A stretch of DNA of 64,000 nucleotides from Syntrophorhabdaceae bacterium (GCA_963666485.2 CAXXUO010000001.1:1152001-1216000), one strand, 5' to 3'. Counted from the stretch's first letter, positions 48,950 through 58,707 are shown. A program made the numbers and translations. Notes: generated by a model not told the origin, from the sequence alone.

Positions 48950-49630
48950 ATGTCGGTCATCAAGATAGGTCGTCTCGTATCATGCTGCATCATCAGGGAA
49001 GTGCCGGGCAAGGACATGTACCTCGCCCTCATCGAGGGTACGGGGCTCGTAGGCCACCTTCCAAAAAGTTCAACGTACAAAAATTATAAAGAGAGGGAGG
49101 AATGTACCGCCGCCGTATATGCTATACGCGACGGCAAGATCTTCCTGAGCCAGAGGTCGCCGCAGTTTTTTCGCCGCGTGGCCGAGGCGGCCCTTGCGCC
49201 GGCCATACGCGATGGGAAGATCCGGGTCAGGAGGGCGGCATCGATCGCGAACAGCGCGTTCGCCAAGGTGTCCATCGAAGGGCTCCGCGGGTACGATCCC
49301 CTCGGCATTGCGCTGCAATATCTCGACGGGGTGAGGAAATTTACAGAAGATACGATCACTATCGTCCGGTACAGTCCCGATATAAAGGAGTATATCGTCA
49401 ACGCACTCGTCCCTGCACCGATCGACAAGGTCGTGCAGGTCCTGTATTCCCGGAGCCTCCGCGAGGCGATCGTCAGGGTCGACCCTCATTACTGCGGCTT
49501 CTTTGTCGGTAAGGGCGGTGCAAACGTAGCGACGGCCGCAAAACTCCTCGATCTCAAGATCCTTGTAAAAGGTGCGGAGAGTTTGGCACGTGATGGGGAA
49601 AATGAAATGAGAATGGCACAGTGCTCCTGA
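48950..49630 (+). CDS. NusA-like protein (S1-KH-KH) lacking the N-terminal domain
   Basis: FLSQRSPQFF, YIVNALVPA, VGKGGANVATAAKLL align by eye to the NusA S1/KH region. Confidence 0.78.
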   Translation: MSVIKIGRLVSCCIIREVPGKDMYLALIEGTGLVGHLPKSSTYKNYKEREECTAAVYAIRDGKIFLSQRSPQFFRRVAEAALAPAIRDGKIRVRRAASIANSAFAKVSIEGLRGYDPLGIALQYLDGVRKFTEDTITIVRYSPDIKEYIVNALVPAPIDKVVQVLYSRSLREAIVRVDPHYCGFFVGKGGANVATAAKLLDLKILVKGAESLARDGENEMRMAQCS

Positions 49631-49977
49631 TCCGCGGCCGCGCGCTTGCCGGGTTCCTTTTCGTTTTTCTGTGCTCCATGACCTGCTCCGTTCTGACCGT
49701 CACCGCGTATCACGCTTTTTTTGCACAGAAGACCGTGGTGATGGACATTGCCGGTTTTATCGCGTCGCAGAAAGAGGGGTATGTGACAGGGAAGATATCA
49801 GCGGGGGAACTTGTCGAAAATATAGATTCCCTCGTATCCCGAATGCATGCCCTGCAAAAGAGGCGCATCATGGTTATCGATCGTGCAGCGGCGAGATCTG
49901 TCAAAGAAGGGCCTGCGGCGATGGTCCCCGATCCTCCCGGTGACGACGACGATGACAGGGAGGGATGGCCGCCTTAA
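49621..49977 (+). CDS. Membrane-anchored protein, possibly TrbI (F-type conjugation)-like
   Basis: N-terminal TM then KTVVMDIAGFI; overlaps the NusA-like gene. Confidence 0.45.
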   Translation: MLLIRGRALAGFLFVFLCSMTCSVLTVTAYHAFFAQKTVVMDIAGFIASQKEGYVTGKISAGELVENIDSLVSRMHALQKRRIMVIDRAAARSVKEGPAAMVPDPPGDDDDDREGWPP

Positions 49978-50029
49978 AATGCCTGGAACTGAAATGGCGC
50001 TGCTAGTATGCTAAACTTACGGTGACAGC

Positions 50030-50248
50030 ATGGAAAACGTGAAGAAATGTCCTCATTGCGGGGGGACGAACATGACGGAGGGGGTCAGGGTCAACCAGAC
50101 AGCCGAGGCCGGCGATATAGGCCTCGCCTACAAGGCAAAATTCCTCTTGACCGGGACGGAAGCATTATATGCCGATGTATGCAAACAGTGCGGTACCATC
50201 GTCCGCTTCTTCGTAAAGAAGCCGGACCGGGAATGGTACTGCAATTAA
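50030..50248 (+). CDS. Small zinc-ribbon protein
   Basis: CPHC and CKQCG. Confidence 0.75.
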   Translation: MENVKKCPHCGGTNMTEGVRVNQTAEAGDIGLAYKAKFLLTGTEALYADVCKQCGTIVRFFVKKPDREWYCN

Positions 50249-50275
50249 CCGCATATCTTTGAGATGTCGGCGGGA

Positions 50276-51256
50276 TCAGTCATGTGCCTTGAGGAACTCC
50301 CGGACACACTCGAGGTAGGCATCCCGCTCCTCGAACATGGCGAGGTGAGAGCTTTGTTCAAATATCCGCAGCGCCGAATAGGGTACGTGCGACCGGTACC
50401 AGGCGGTCGCTGCGGGCGTTGCCTCGTCATGCCTGCCTGCGGTGAAAAGTGTCGGCACCTTTATCTCGCGAAGCCTTTCGACGCGTTCGTATGTCTTTAA
50501 GTTGCCCGTGGGATAGAATTCGCTCGGCCCCCACATTGTCCTGTATATCTTCTGGTTCGCCCGGTCAAATGCCTCCATGAGTTCCGCCGGCCACGGGCTT
50601 AAGCGGCACAGGTAATTCTTCAGGTATTCGGCGACCGCCGCCTCATATTCCCTTGAATCCGTCGTCCCCTCCCGTTCGTGGCGGCGGATAGCCTGGCGTG
50701 TTGTGAAAGGCAGTTTTTCAATCAGCTCGCGTGCATCGTCCGTCCAGCGCGCAACGCTCAGGCAGGGGCTCGCAAGCGTGAGGCTCTTTACCCCTTGGGG
50801 TTTCTTCAGCATGTAATCCACGGCCAGCATGGTGCCCCATGAGTGCCCGTACAGGTGGACCTCCTTCAGCTTGAGAGCCGAGCGGACCTGGCCTAACTCT
50901 TCGACAAACCTTTCGATGCGCCAGAGTTCGGGATTGTTCGGGTTATCCGACCTGCCGCAGCCCAGCTGATCGTAGACGATGACCGGCCGGTCTACAGAAA
51001 GCGCCTCGAGGGGCTTCAAGTAATCGCTCGAACTTCCCGGCCCTCCGTGAAGAAGAATAACGGGGGTCGCGTTTCCCGACCCCGTCACGCGGTACCAGAT
51101 CTTCCCGCCGGTAACCGGTATGTAGCCTTCGCGCACGCTCTGCCCGGAATAGAGGGCGCACGCGGAAAGACACAGGAGAAGGCATGCGGTGAATCCCCGT
51201 CGGAAATATCGCAGGAAGCGTATCATATATGGTCTCGACCCGGTGGCAGGCTTCAT
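50276..51256 (-). CDS. Proline iminopeptidase-family alpha/beta hydrolase
   Basis: LHGGPG, YDQLGCGRS, GHSWG, WGPSEF, GRHDE, SSH. Confidence 0.9.
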   Translation of the reverse strand: MKPATGSRPYMIRFLRYFRRGFTACLLLCLSACALYSGQSVREGYIPVTGGKIWYRVTGSGNATPVILLHGGPGSSSDYLKPLEALSVDRPVIVYDQLGCGRSDNPNNPELWRIERFVEELGQVRSALKLKEVHLYGHSWGTMLAVDYMLKKPQGVKSLTLASPCLSVARWTDDARELIEKLPFTTRQAIRRHEREGTTDSREYEAAVAEYLKNYLCRLSPWPAELMEAFDRANQKIYRTMWGPSEFYPTGNLKTYERVERLREIKVPTLFTAGRHDEATPAATAWYRSHVPYSALRIFEQSSHLAMFEERDAYLECVREFLKAHD

Positions 51257-51369
51257 GATGCGAAATTTTATAACGGCTACAATACCCGTATGTCAAGAGC
51301 CCTGGAGCGCCTTGCTTTTACACCGGCCTTCATGATAATCTTCGGCGTCGGAAATAAAGAGGAGGCACC

Positions 51370-51864
51370 ATGGGACTGAGGTATGACGAAGTGAACGATC
51401 ATGTTATGGAACTTCTCAAAGAGGTGAGGTCCAAGGGCTTTCCCGAGCTCGTCAATGCAAAGATAAAGGTGCTGTTCGACCTGAAGAAGAGAAAATCCGG
51501 GGGAATGGTCGTTCTTGCCCGGATCATAAAGACAAATGACCTTATGCGGCACCTCACCCGGGACGGGGCCGACCAGCATAGCGGGTACGATTACATTATC
51601 ACCGTTGACAGGAAATGCTGGGACAATATCACCGACCTCGACAGGATAAAGATACTCCGGCACGAGCTGCGGCACACTTTCTTCGATATTGAATCAGAGG
51701 ATAACCCGTACAGGCTTTTAGATCACAGCATCTCGGATTTTCATGAAGAGGTTGACCTGAACAAGAACGACCCCCGCTGGCGCGAGCGCGTCGCAACCCT
51801 CACGGAAGACATATACGAACAAGAAAAAGAAGCACGTACTGAAAAAAAGAAGAAAAAAAACTAA
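51370..51864 (+). CDS. Putative metallopeptidase (phage metallopeptidase-like, HExxH)
   Basis: ILRHELRH, later HSISDFHEE; RBS GAGGAGG. Confidence 0.7.
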   Translation: MGLRYDEVNDHVMELLKEVRSKGFPELVNAKIKVLFDLKKRKSGGMVVLARIIKTNDLMRHLTRDGADQHSGYDYIITVDRKCWDNITDLDRIKILRHELRHTFFDIESEDNPYRLLDHSISDFHEEVDLNKNDPRWRERVATLTEDIYEQEKEARTEKKKKKN

Positions 51865-51868
51865 AATA

Positions 51869-51939
51869 AGTTCAAAGTTCAAGGTTCAATGTTAAAAAAC
51901 CCTCTTTTTCATTGAACCTTGAACTTTGAACCTTGAACT
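51869..51939. repeat. Inverted heptamer arrays (NGTTCAA)4 ... (TTGAACY)4
   Basis: Arrays at 51869-51896 and 51912-51939. Confidence 0.92.
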
Positions 51940-52438
51940 ATTTTTTCTGCGCTATTTGCAGCTGTATCCCCGTCTCTCCCTTATCCATTTTGCTTATCGC
52001 GACCGTTGCATGCCGGTTGTCTTTGTCATACGCCAGCGTTACGGTTGTCCCCATTGTCAATGCCGCGGATTCCTTCCATCCCTGCTGCTTCATTTGTTCC
52101 TTGTACGTCGCGGCGATCTTTTCCATATTTTCCTTGCTGATGAGGGTGAGGTGTACGATATCACCTGACGTCATTGCGTTGAGGATCTGCGTGTTGGGAT
52201 ATATCGGGACATCCTTCGGAAATGAAGCGGGGACCTCGACCTTGCCGCCCGATGTTACCGTCGTGTTCCCGTCTTTTACGGTCACCTTGCCCTGCGACAT
52301 GTCGACGCTTACCTTGCCGCCGCTCTTTTGCTGGACAAATTTTTCGATCGCCTTTTCTTCCGCGCTCTTGCCGCAGCCGGCAACAAAAGCCGCGAGGACA
52401 AGCACGGCCATACAAAGAATTGTAAGTTTTTTCGTCAT
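51938..52438 (-). CDS. Lipoprotein of unknown function
   Basis: VAGC lipobox, FPKDVPIYP; RBS AAGGAG. Confidence 0.8.
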   Translation of the reverse strand: MTKKLTILCMAVLVLAAFVAGCGKSAEEKAIEKFVQQKSGGKVSVDMSQGKVTVKDGNTTVTSGGKVEVPASFPKDVPIYPNTQILNAMTSGDIVHLTLISKENMEKIAATYKEQMKQQGWKESAALTMGTTVTLAYDKDNRHATVAISKMDKGETGIQLQIAQKK

Positions 52439-52501
52439 CTCGATCTCCTTATGGTTGTGTTGATCTCAAACCGTTTCTTCTTAAAAGCGTTTCCAGGCCC
52501 T

Positions 52502-53464
52502 TTACAGCTTTTCTTGAAGGCCTACGACTGCATAATGTGCTGCTCCCCACAAACCGCTGTCCTCGCTCAGTATCAGTGTGACCGGAATATTCGCAAGAAG
52601 ATCACCGAAATGCCGCGAATTCCCGAATTCCTTTCGGAAATGTTCGTTGTCCACCAGGAAACGGTTTCTCATCGCGACGCCCCCGGCAATATAAACACCG
52701 CCCAGTGCAACAACGGTAAGGGCATAATTGCGGGCCGCACGGGCGTAGAACCGCGCGAAAAGCTCGGTTGTCTGTGAATCGGGGCCGATCTCCGCCACCA
52801 CGTCAGCGGGAGCGAGATGACGCCCCGTGAGGAAGGAATGGAGGTGTGCAAGGCCCGGCCCGCTTACAACGACATCGCCGTAAGGGTACTCTACCCCGGT
52901 CTTTTCGAACAGATAATCACGATACCCGGTCTCCACCTTCCCGTAGAACGGAAATGCAGCGTGGCCAGCTTCCGATGGGAACGGCACGAACGTTCCCCTG
53001 TCGGTCACGGCGAGCGCACAGTGGCCGAGCCCGGTGCCGGCCCCGATGACGGCTATGTTTGCGCCGCCTTCGGCCACTCCCGGCTGGAGCGTCTGCGTCT
53101 TCAGATATTTCGCTATGGGGCATGCAAAGGCCTGCGCGACGAAGTCGTTTATCAGGAAGATCTTTGCGTTCGGCGAGGGGCCCTTAAGGCCCGAAATATC
53201 CACGGCCCACGGGACATTCGCCAGTTTCGCGCGCGTCCTGTCCTCGACGGCCCCGGGTACGGCAAGGACTATGGCATCCGGGCCCGTCTCAATCGGGAGC
53301 TCGCCCCTTTCGAGCGCCTTGTCGATCAGGTCCCTGAGCGAGGAAGCGCTGTGCGTTTTCAGCCAGAACCCTTTGACATACGATAATTCACCGGCGCCTG
53401 AGACCCTGAAATGGGCGAAACGGCTGTTCGTCCCGCCGATGTCGACAGCAATTATATTCACCAT
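52502..53464 (-). CDS. glk: Glucokinase
   Basis: DIGGTNSR, LINDFVAQA, GAGTGLG, SEAGH, VVSGPGL, GGVYIAGG. Confidence 0.92.
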   Translation of the reverse strand: MVNIIAVDIGGTNSRFAHFRVSGAGELSYVKGFWLKTHSASSLRDLIDKALERGELPIETGPDAIVLAVPGAVEDRTRAKLANVPWAVDISGLKGPSPNAKIFLINDFVAQAFACPIAKYLKTQTLQPGVAEGGANIAVIGAGTGLGHCALAVTDRGTFVPFPSEAGHAAFPFYGKVETGYRDYLFEKTGVEYPYGDVVVSGPGLAHLHSFLTGRHLAPADVVAEIGPDSQTTELFARFYARAARNYALTVVALGGVYIAGGVAMRNRFLVDNEHFRKEFGNSRHFGDLLANIPVTLILSEDSGLWGAAHYAVVGLQEKL

Positions 53465-55500
53465 GTTTCGTGTACCTCGCTTTCGCTATCGATCCGTGCA
53501 ACACACATAATGTAATCGTGAACGACATCATACGAACCGTTCCGGGCCTGCCTTGCCAGCTCCTCTTTGAAAGCTTTTTCCATGTCCTGCCGGGAAGCCG
53601 GGTCCAGGGCATCGTAAAACGCCGTGCCTGCGCCCGACCTTAAAAGGTGGGCGAGGACATCTTCGGGCGATCGGCACCGGAATGCGATGCGTCCCCCGGT
53701 GATGCGTTCCGGGATGAACGAATTTTTTCTCAGCAGCCGCTCGATGTGTGGTTTGTCCTGCGGGAAATCGAAGTGCACGCGCTTTTTCAGGACCGAAGGG
53801 TTTTCCGCGACGAGCCTGTAGAAGATCCCGAGTTCCCTCTTCGGCGAGTTCTGCCTGTGGACGACAAAGGCGACGCGGCCCGGCCGTTTAAGGCAGACCC
53901 GCGCAGTCTCAAAAAAACTGTTCATTGGTATGTAGCCCAGGGCCCAGCTTGAAAAAATGAGATCAAAAGGTGCGCGGCGGGCCATTACGGCAAGCGCATC
54001 ACCCCTGTGATAACGCACCGTCCGATAACCCATCGAGACAGTGCGTTCCTTGGCGATGCCGATCATTCCCCGTGACAGGTCGGCGGCATCGATGCGGCAA
54101 CGAGGCCCCAGTTCCCCTGCCAGGAGGGATGTCGCAAACCCCGTACCGCAGCCTGCCTCAAATACGCTTACGGGCAATGGACGCAGCGCCGTTATGGCCC
54201 GGACAAGCTTGCGTATCGGCCCGCCCGCCTCAGACAGCCAGTACTCATCGTAATCCCTGTGTATAGTGTCGTATGCGTTTTTCAGTTCCGGGTTTCCCAC
54301 GGCCGGGGCGGCCCGTTTTTTCACGGAAAAGAACAGAGGGACCGAGCGGTCGGGAGGAAGGTGCTCCCGGCATAGCTGTTCGGATATTTCGCGCTTAACG
54401 GGCATCGGGCCGGGCGGGATATGGCGAGCGATGGTATGCCCGGCACATGACGTCCTCGGCCGCGTAAAGAACTTTCCCATTCTGTCGAGGATAACGGAAA
54501 GAGGTTCTTTCACAGCATTGCCGAAACTGAGCGGTACGAGATTGCACGGGCAGACCTCGCCCGATCCGTCGATATAAAGGTATGTAAGGCCGGCGCCGCA
54601 CCCGAAAGCCCGGGGGGATTCGAGGTAGGTGAAGGTCGATAGAACAGGCAGATCATCGCGGCGGGCCGCTTCTGCCTGGTAGCCCTCGATGCGCCTGCGC
54701 TCGGCAGGTTTCAGTGCGACATCGCCATGCCCTTTGAGCCTGCCCGTGGCGCACGGCTCAAGGAGGTGTACCTCGCGGGCGCCCGAGCGTCCCGCAAACG
54801 CGAGGAATTCCATGAAATAGCCCGGCCTGATGAGGTCCCGTGTGGCGACCGCCACGATGTAGGGGTAGAGCCCGGCATCCGACGCACGCCTTAAGGCCTG
54901 AAGGGCCGTCACATAGGCGCCGGGTTTTCCGCGCATCCTGTCGTGCTCATCCGGGTCCATCGAATCGAGGCTTATACCGACGGCGAAGAGGCCTTTATCT
55001 TTGAGGGAACGGGCACGGCTGTCCGTCAGGCCGGACCCCGTCGTATTGAGCATAAGGCACGATGAGCTGTCGAAAAGCCCCGCGATATCTTCGAGGTCAT
55101 CCCGTAAAAGCGGCTCTCCGCCCGAAAGGGTTATCATGACACTGCCCATGTCCGACAATTCGCGGGCTATCTTTTGAATGTCCGCGAACGACATGTCGTT
55201 TTGGGCACGCCCCGCATTTGAGCAGTGCCAGCAATGATAGTTGCACCGGTTCGTAACACCGAGGGTGACGGAATAGAGTGTCCGGTTATGGGGGTCCCCC
55301 AGCGCACCGAAATGCTCCGCGAGGCGATCAAAGGCCCCGCTTGGATAAGGGGGAAAATGAGTGTTGATGACGAACCGGTCGCCAAACCTGGTCGCTTTTT
55401 CGCGCGCCAGGTAATCCTTAAAGAACCCGGCTATTGAAGGGTGAAGGCCGGTAAAGGGCTCCCGGCCGGCAAGTCGATGGAAGAGGTCGCTTCCCCGCAT
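53458..55500 (-). CDS. Radical SAM/SPASM protein fused to a class I SAM methyltransferase
   Basis: CNYHCWHC, SGGEP, CGAG..YIDGSGEVCPC; VFEAGCGTG, DLSRGMI. Confidence 0.88.
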   Translation of the reverse strand: MRGSDLFHRLAGREPFTGLHPSIAGFFKDYLAREKATRFGDRFVINTHFPPYPSGAFDRLAEHFGALGDPHNRTLYSVTLGVTNRCNYHCWHCSNAGRAQNDMSFADIQKIARELSDMGSVMITLSGGEPLLRDDLEDIAGLFDSSSCLMLNTTGSGLTDSRARSLKDKGLFAVGISLDSMDPDEHDRMRGKPGAYVTALQALRRASDAGLYPYIVAVATRDLIRPGYFMEFLAFAGRSGAREVHLLEPCATGRLKGHGDVALKPAERRRIEGYQAEAARRDDLPVLSTFTYLESPRAFGCGAGLTYLYIDGSGEVCPCNLVPLSFGNAVKEPLSVILDRMGKFFTRPRTSCAGHTIARHIPPGPMPVKREISEQLCREHLPPDRSVPLFFSVKKRAAPAVGNPELKNAYDTIHRDYDEYWLSEAGGPIRKLVRAITALRPLPVSVFEAGCGTGFATSLLAGELGPRCRIDAADLSRGMIGIAKERTVSMGYRTVRYHRGDALAVMARRAPFDLIFSSWALGYIPMNSFFETARVCLKRPGRVAFVVHRQNSPKRELGIFYRLVAENPSVLKKRVHFDFPQDKPHIERLLRKNSFIPERITGGRIAFRCRSPEDVLAHLLRSGAGTAFYDALDPASRQDMEKAFKEELARQARNGSYDVVHDYIMCVARIDSESEVHETW

Positions 55501-55524
55501 ATCACCTCGCTGCCTTCGGATATA

Positions 55525-56931
55525 TTACGTGCAGCAGGCCGTGCCTTCCCCGATCCAGCAATGCAGGCAGAGTTTTTCACGGGGCAGGCCGATCGCGGCG
55601 ATCATGTCCTCCATTTTTTGATACTTCAATGTGGTAACATTGATCTCGCGGGCGATCCAGTCGACCATGGCCCTGTACTTGTCCGATGTCTCGTCAAGAT
55701 AACCGCTGACATCGTCCACGTGCCGCCCTTCTATGGCATTGATGGCGCGCCGGGCTGCGAGCTCATCGATGGAACGGGTCGACAGGGCGAACTTGCAGTG
55801 GAACATGAGAGGAGGGCACGCGGGCCGCACATGGATCTCTTTCGCCCCGGATTCCCACAGCTTGACCACGGTGAAATTCTTGAGCTGCGTGCCCCGGACG
55901 ATCGAGTCTTCACACAGTACGATCCGGTTGCCCTTTATGATCTCCCTCACGGGGATAAGCTTCATTGTCGCGACAAGGTCGCGTATTTCCTGCGATGGCG
56001 GCGTATAGCTCCTTCCGTAACCGGGGGTGTACTTCACAAGAGGCCTGCGGTAGGGAAGCCCTGATTCCATCGCATAGCCGATCGCATGGCCTACCCCTGA
56101 ATCGGGGACCCCTGCGACAAGGTCGGCCTCGACATTGTCATTTTTTGCCAGGAACCTCCCGGAGCGTTCCCTGACGACCTCGACGCTTATCCCTTCGTAG
56201 CTTGAAGCGGGATAGCCGGTGTATATCCAGAGGAAGGAACAGATCTGGTTCTGCGCTCCCCCGGTGGACAGGGTATTGAAACCGTCCCGGTCTATTACGA
56301 CGATCTCGCCGGGTTCTAAGTTTTTCATCTTGTGAAACCCGAGATTTAAAAATGAGCAGTCTTCGGTGGCCACCACGTAATCGCCGTCTTTCTCACCGAT
56401 AACGAGCGGCGTCCGGCCAAGCCTGTCCCTGGCTGCAAAAAGCCCCTCTTCTGTAAGGAGCAGGATAGAGGCGGACCCTTCTATCCGGTCGTATACCCTC
56501 CTGATCCCGTCAAGTATCGTATCCCCCTGCGTGATCAGCTTCGCAATGAGCTCGACAGAATTTATCTCCCCGCCGGACATTTCGCTGAAGGTCTCACCGG
56601 TAGAGAGGATCTCCCTGGCCAGTTCATTCGTGTTCTCGACGATACCCGTGGAGACTATGGCGAACGTCCCGAACTTTGAACAGATAATGAGCGGCTGTGC
56701 ATCGCGGTCGCTTATGACGCCTATGCCCGCACTGCCCTCCATTTCCTTGAAATCTTCATAAAATTTCGATTTGAACTGGGACTTGCGTATGTCGTGGATG
56801 CTTCTGTGGAACCTGTCCCCGAGCACCGCCATCCCGCCGTATTCCGTTCCCATGTGAGAATGATAATCGGTGCCGTACAGGAGATTGCTCGCGCAATTGT
56901 TCTTCGCTATTATACCGAAAACACCGCTCAT
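55525..56931 (-). CDS. purF: Amidophosphoribosyltransferase homologue lacking the N-terminal Cys
   Basis: ARDRLGRTPL, CSFLWIY, GVPDSG, EDSIVRGT, CLHCW; starts MSGVFG; RBS AAGGAGG. Confidence 0.85.
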   Translation of the reverse strand: MSGVFGIIAKNNCASNLLYGTDYHSHMGTEYGGMAVLGDRFHRSIHDIRKSQFKSKFYEDFKEMEGSAGIGVISDRDAQPLIICSKFGTFAIVSTGIVENTNELAREILSTGETFSEMSGGEINSVELIAKLITQGDTILDGIRRVYDRIEGSASILLLTEEGLFAARDRLGRTPLVIGEKDGDYVVATEDCSFLNLGFHKMKNLEPGEIVVIDRDGFNTLSTGGAQNQICSFLWIYTGYPASSYEGISVEVVRERSGRFLAKNDNVEADLVAGVPDSGVGHAIGYAMESGLPYRRPLVKYTPGYGRSYTPPSQEIRDLVATMKLIPVREIIKGNRIVLCEDSIVRGTQLKNFTVVKLWESGAKEIHVRPACPPLMFHCKFALSTRSIDELAARRAINAIEGRHVDDVSGYLDETSDKYRAMVDWIAREINVTTLKYQKMEDMIAAIGLPREKLCLHCWIGEGTACCT

Positions 56932-57126
56932 GATAAGCCTCCTTGGGTCTTCTGATACATTTGTCTGGTGATGAATTGTCCGATAGGGATATGATATATA
57001 CATTCCGGTTAAATTTCCACAGGAATGAACCACCGGGACCGGCCGTTGAAATCATTACTGTGGCGGCCGCTTATAAGGAAAGGGGCACGCGCCGCATGTC
57101 CAGGGCCATCTTGAAAGAGGTGAACG

Positions 57127-57774
57127 ATGTCATCACTTATATTCTACACCGATGAAAAACAGGCCCTCGTCGCATTCGATACGCTTATTGTCTCCCCGGA
57201 CAATAAAGAGCCGCTCTATTTCGCGACCAGGGCGATATACATGCCGCATTTGAGGACAATTATCGCCTCGACGGGCACGCCCCGTTTTCTGGAACAGTGG
57301 TTCTGCATCGTCAACCAGATGCCGGTCAGCGATATCCTGGACCTGAACGAGTATTCACAGGGCAATCTCGCACAACTGTTCGATTGGTTCAATTCGGTGA
57401 ATGAATACAGCGCCCCGGAGGAAGCTACCATCTATCATATCGGCATCCCGGAGAAAGATAGCAGGATACATTCTTTCGCATACAGTTCGTCGAGTTCCTT
57501 CAAGCCCGAACTGCTGGCGCACGGGCTTGCCATTTTGCCGCCCTGTCCCGTGCCGGAAGGCGAGTTCAGGTTCGTCGACCACGTACCCGGCCTTATGAAG
57601 AGGCAGCGTGAAGAGCAGGGAAAGGTGGACGTCGATAAGAGGATATATATCGGCGGTGAGATATACGGGATGTACCTCACGCCCGAGGGCTGCAACTCCT
57701 TCAAGCTCGGCTCTTTTGACGATTACCCGGCCGACAGGCAAAAGGTCGCCGCGAGGCGGCTGGAAGAAAGCTAG
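57127..57774 (+). CDS. Hypothetical protein (possible Ntn-hydrolase-like fold)
   Basis: MSSLIF..ALVAFDT N-terminus, IGGE near the C-terminus; RBS GAGGTG. Confidence 0.6.
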   Translation: MSSLIFYTDEKQALVAFDTLIVSPDNKEPLYFATRAIYMPHLRTIIASTGTPRFLEQWFCIVNQMPVSDILDLNEYSQGNLAQLFDWFNSVNEYSAPEEATIYHIGIPEKDSRIHSFAYSSSSSFKPELLAHGLAILPPCPVPEGEFRFVDHVPGLMKRQREEQGKVDVDKRIYIGGEIYGMYLTPEGCNSFKLGSFDDYPADRQKVAARRLEES

Positions 57775-57793
57775 CCCGGCGCGCGAAGGCGGG

Positions 57794-58522
57794 TCATTTC
57801 CCGTAAAACGGGCATTCTTCGGCCAGGCATTCCTTGTTCAGGTGATGAAAACCGCAGCGCAGTTCCCCGCCCGGGGAAAGCGATATGCCGGGCGACTCCT
57901 GAAGAAAGGAGACGGCCTCCCGGATAGCGAGGAATGAATTCCTTTTGCAGCACCTCGGCCCTCCATGGGCGGCGATCGCAAAGAGGCTTTTGGCGGTCAT
58001 GAGGTTCGCGAGCCGCCACTCCTTTCTGGACAACGGTGTCGCACCCGTCAATACGCTGACCGCTATCCCGGTGCCCACCGCGGCCCCGCAGTCTCCGTAG
58101 AAACCGCAAAATCCCCCGGGGACCTTTTCCGCCCGCTGCCGGGCTTTCCTGAGATCGCCCTCCTTTCCGGCGCGGTCGCCATGCGCGACATTGTGGCAGG
58201 CAGAAATGAGCACCGCCGGGACCAGGAAATGATGCTCCGGCCCGTGCATCTTGACCCGGGGGTGGTGCATCAGGTGGATCGCCATTTCCACGGGGTCCGC
58301 CGACGTGCTTTTCAGGCAGTACTGCTCGATAATATCATTTGCTGCGAGGCTGTGGCACCTGTCGCAGACGTAATGCCCGGCTTCACATGAGACATTCGAA
58401 CGGTATGTCTCCTTGCAGTAGAAGCACAGGGCGTCCTCACCTTCCTGGCGGTACACGAGCTCTTTCCCGCAGACATAACAATTATTCTTATGGTCCAGGC
58501 ACGGCCTCCATTCTCTGCACAA
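57794..58522 (-). CDS. Cys-rich protein (DUF5714-like)
   Basis: MHGPEHHFLVP, GGFCGFYGDCGA, GGPRCCKR; start uncertain. Confidence 0.82.
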   Translation of the reverse strand: MCREWRPCLDHKNNCYVCGKELVYRQEGEDALCFYCKETYRSNVSCEAGHYVCDRCHSLAANDIIEQYCLKSTSADPVEMAIHLMHHPRVKMHGPEHHFLVPAVLISACHNVAHGDRAGKEGDLRKARQRAEKVPGGFCGFYGDCGAAVGTGIAVSVLTGATPLSRKEWRLANLMTAKSLFAIAAHGGPRCCKRNSFLAIREAVSFLQESPGISLSPGGELRCGFHHLNKECLAEECPFYGK

Positions 58523-58593
58523 TTTTAAGCCGAAACGGCGTTGAAAGCAAACGCGGCGATGCTTTACCTCCCGTTCGGGATGGCAGGATGTAT

Positions 58594-58620
58594 TAAGTTT
58601 TTGCCTGAATATACCGATTA
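58594..58620 (+). promoter_or_regulatory. Sigma28-like promoter TAAG-N15-ACCGATTA
   Basis: Resembles TAAA-N15-GCCGATAA. Confidence 0.45.
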
Positions 58621-58707
58621 TTTCCTTGAAATGGAACGGGCCAAAAAAAGTGTAAGATCACGCGCCGCACGGGTTGCCAAATACAGGCAAGGAGATTATA
58701 TTCAGCT

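Noticed and set aside
48606..52438. Prophage or integrated element around the NusA-like and metallopeptidase genes
   Set aside because: No integrase, att repeats, structural genes or clear compositional shift
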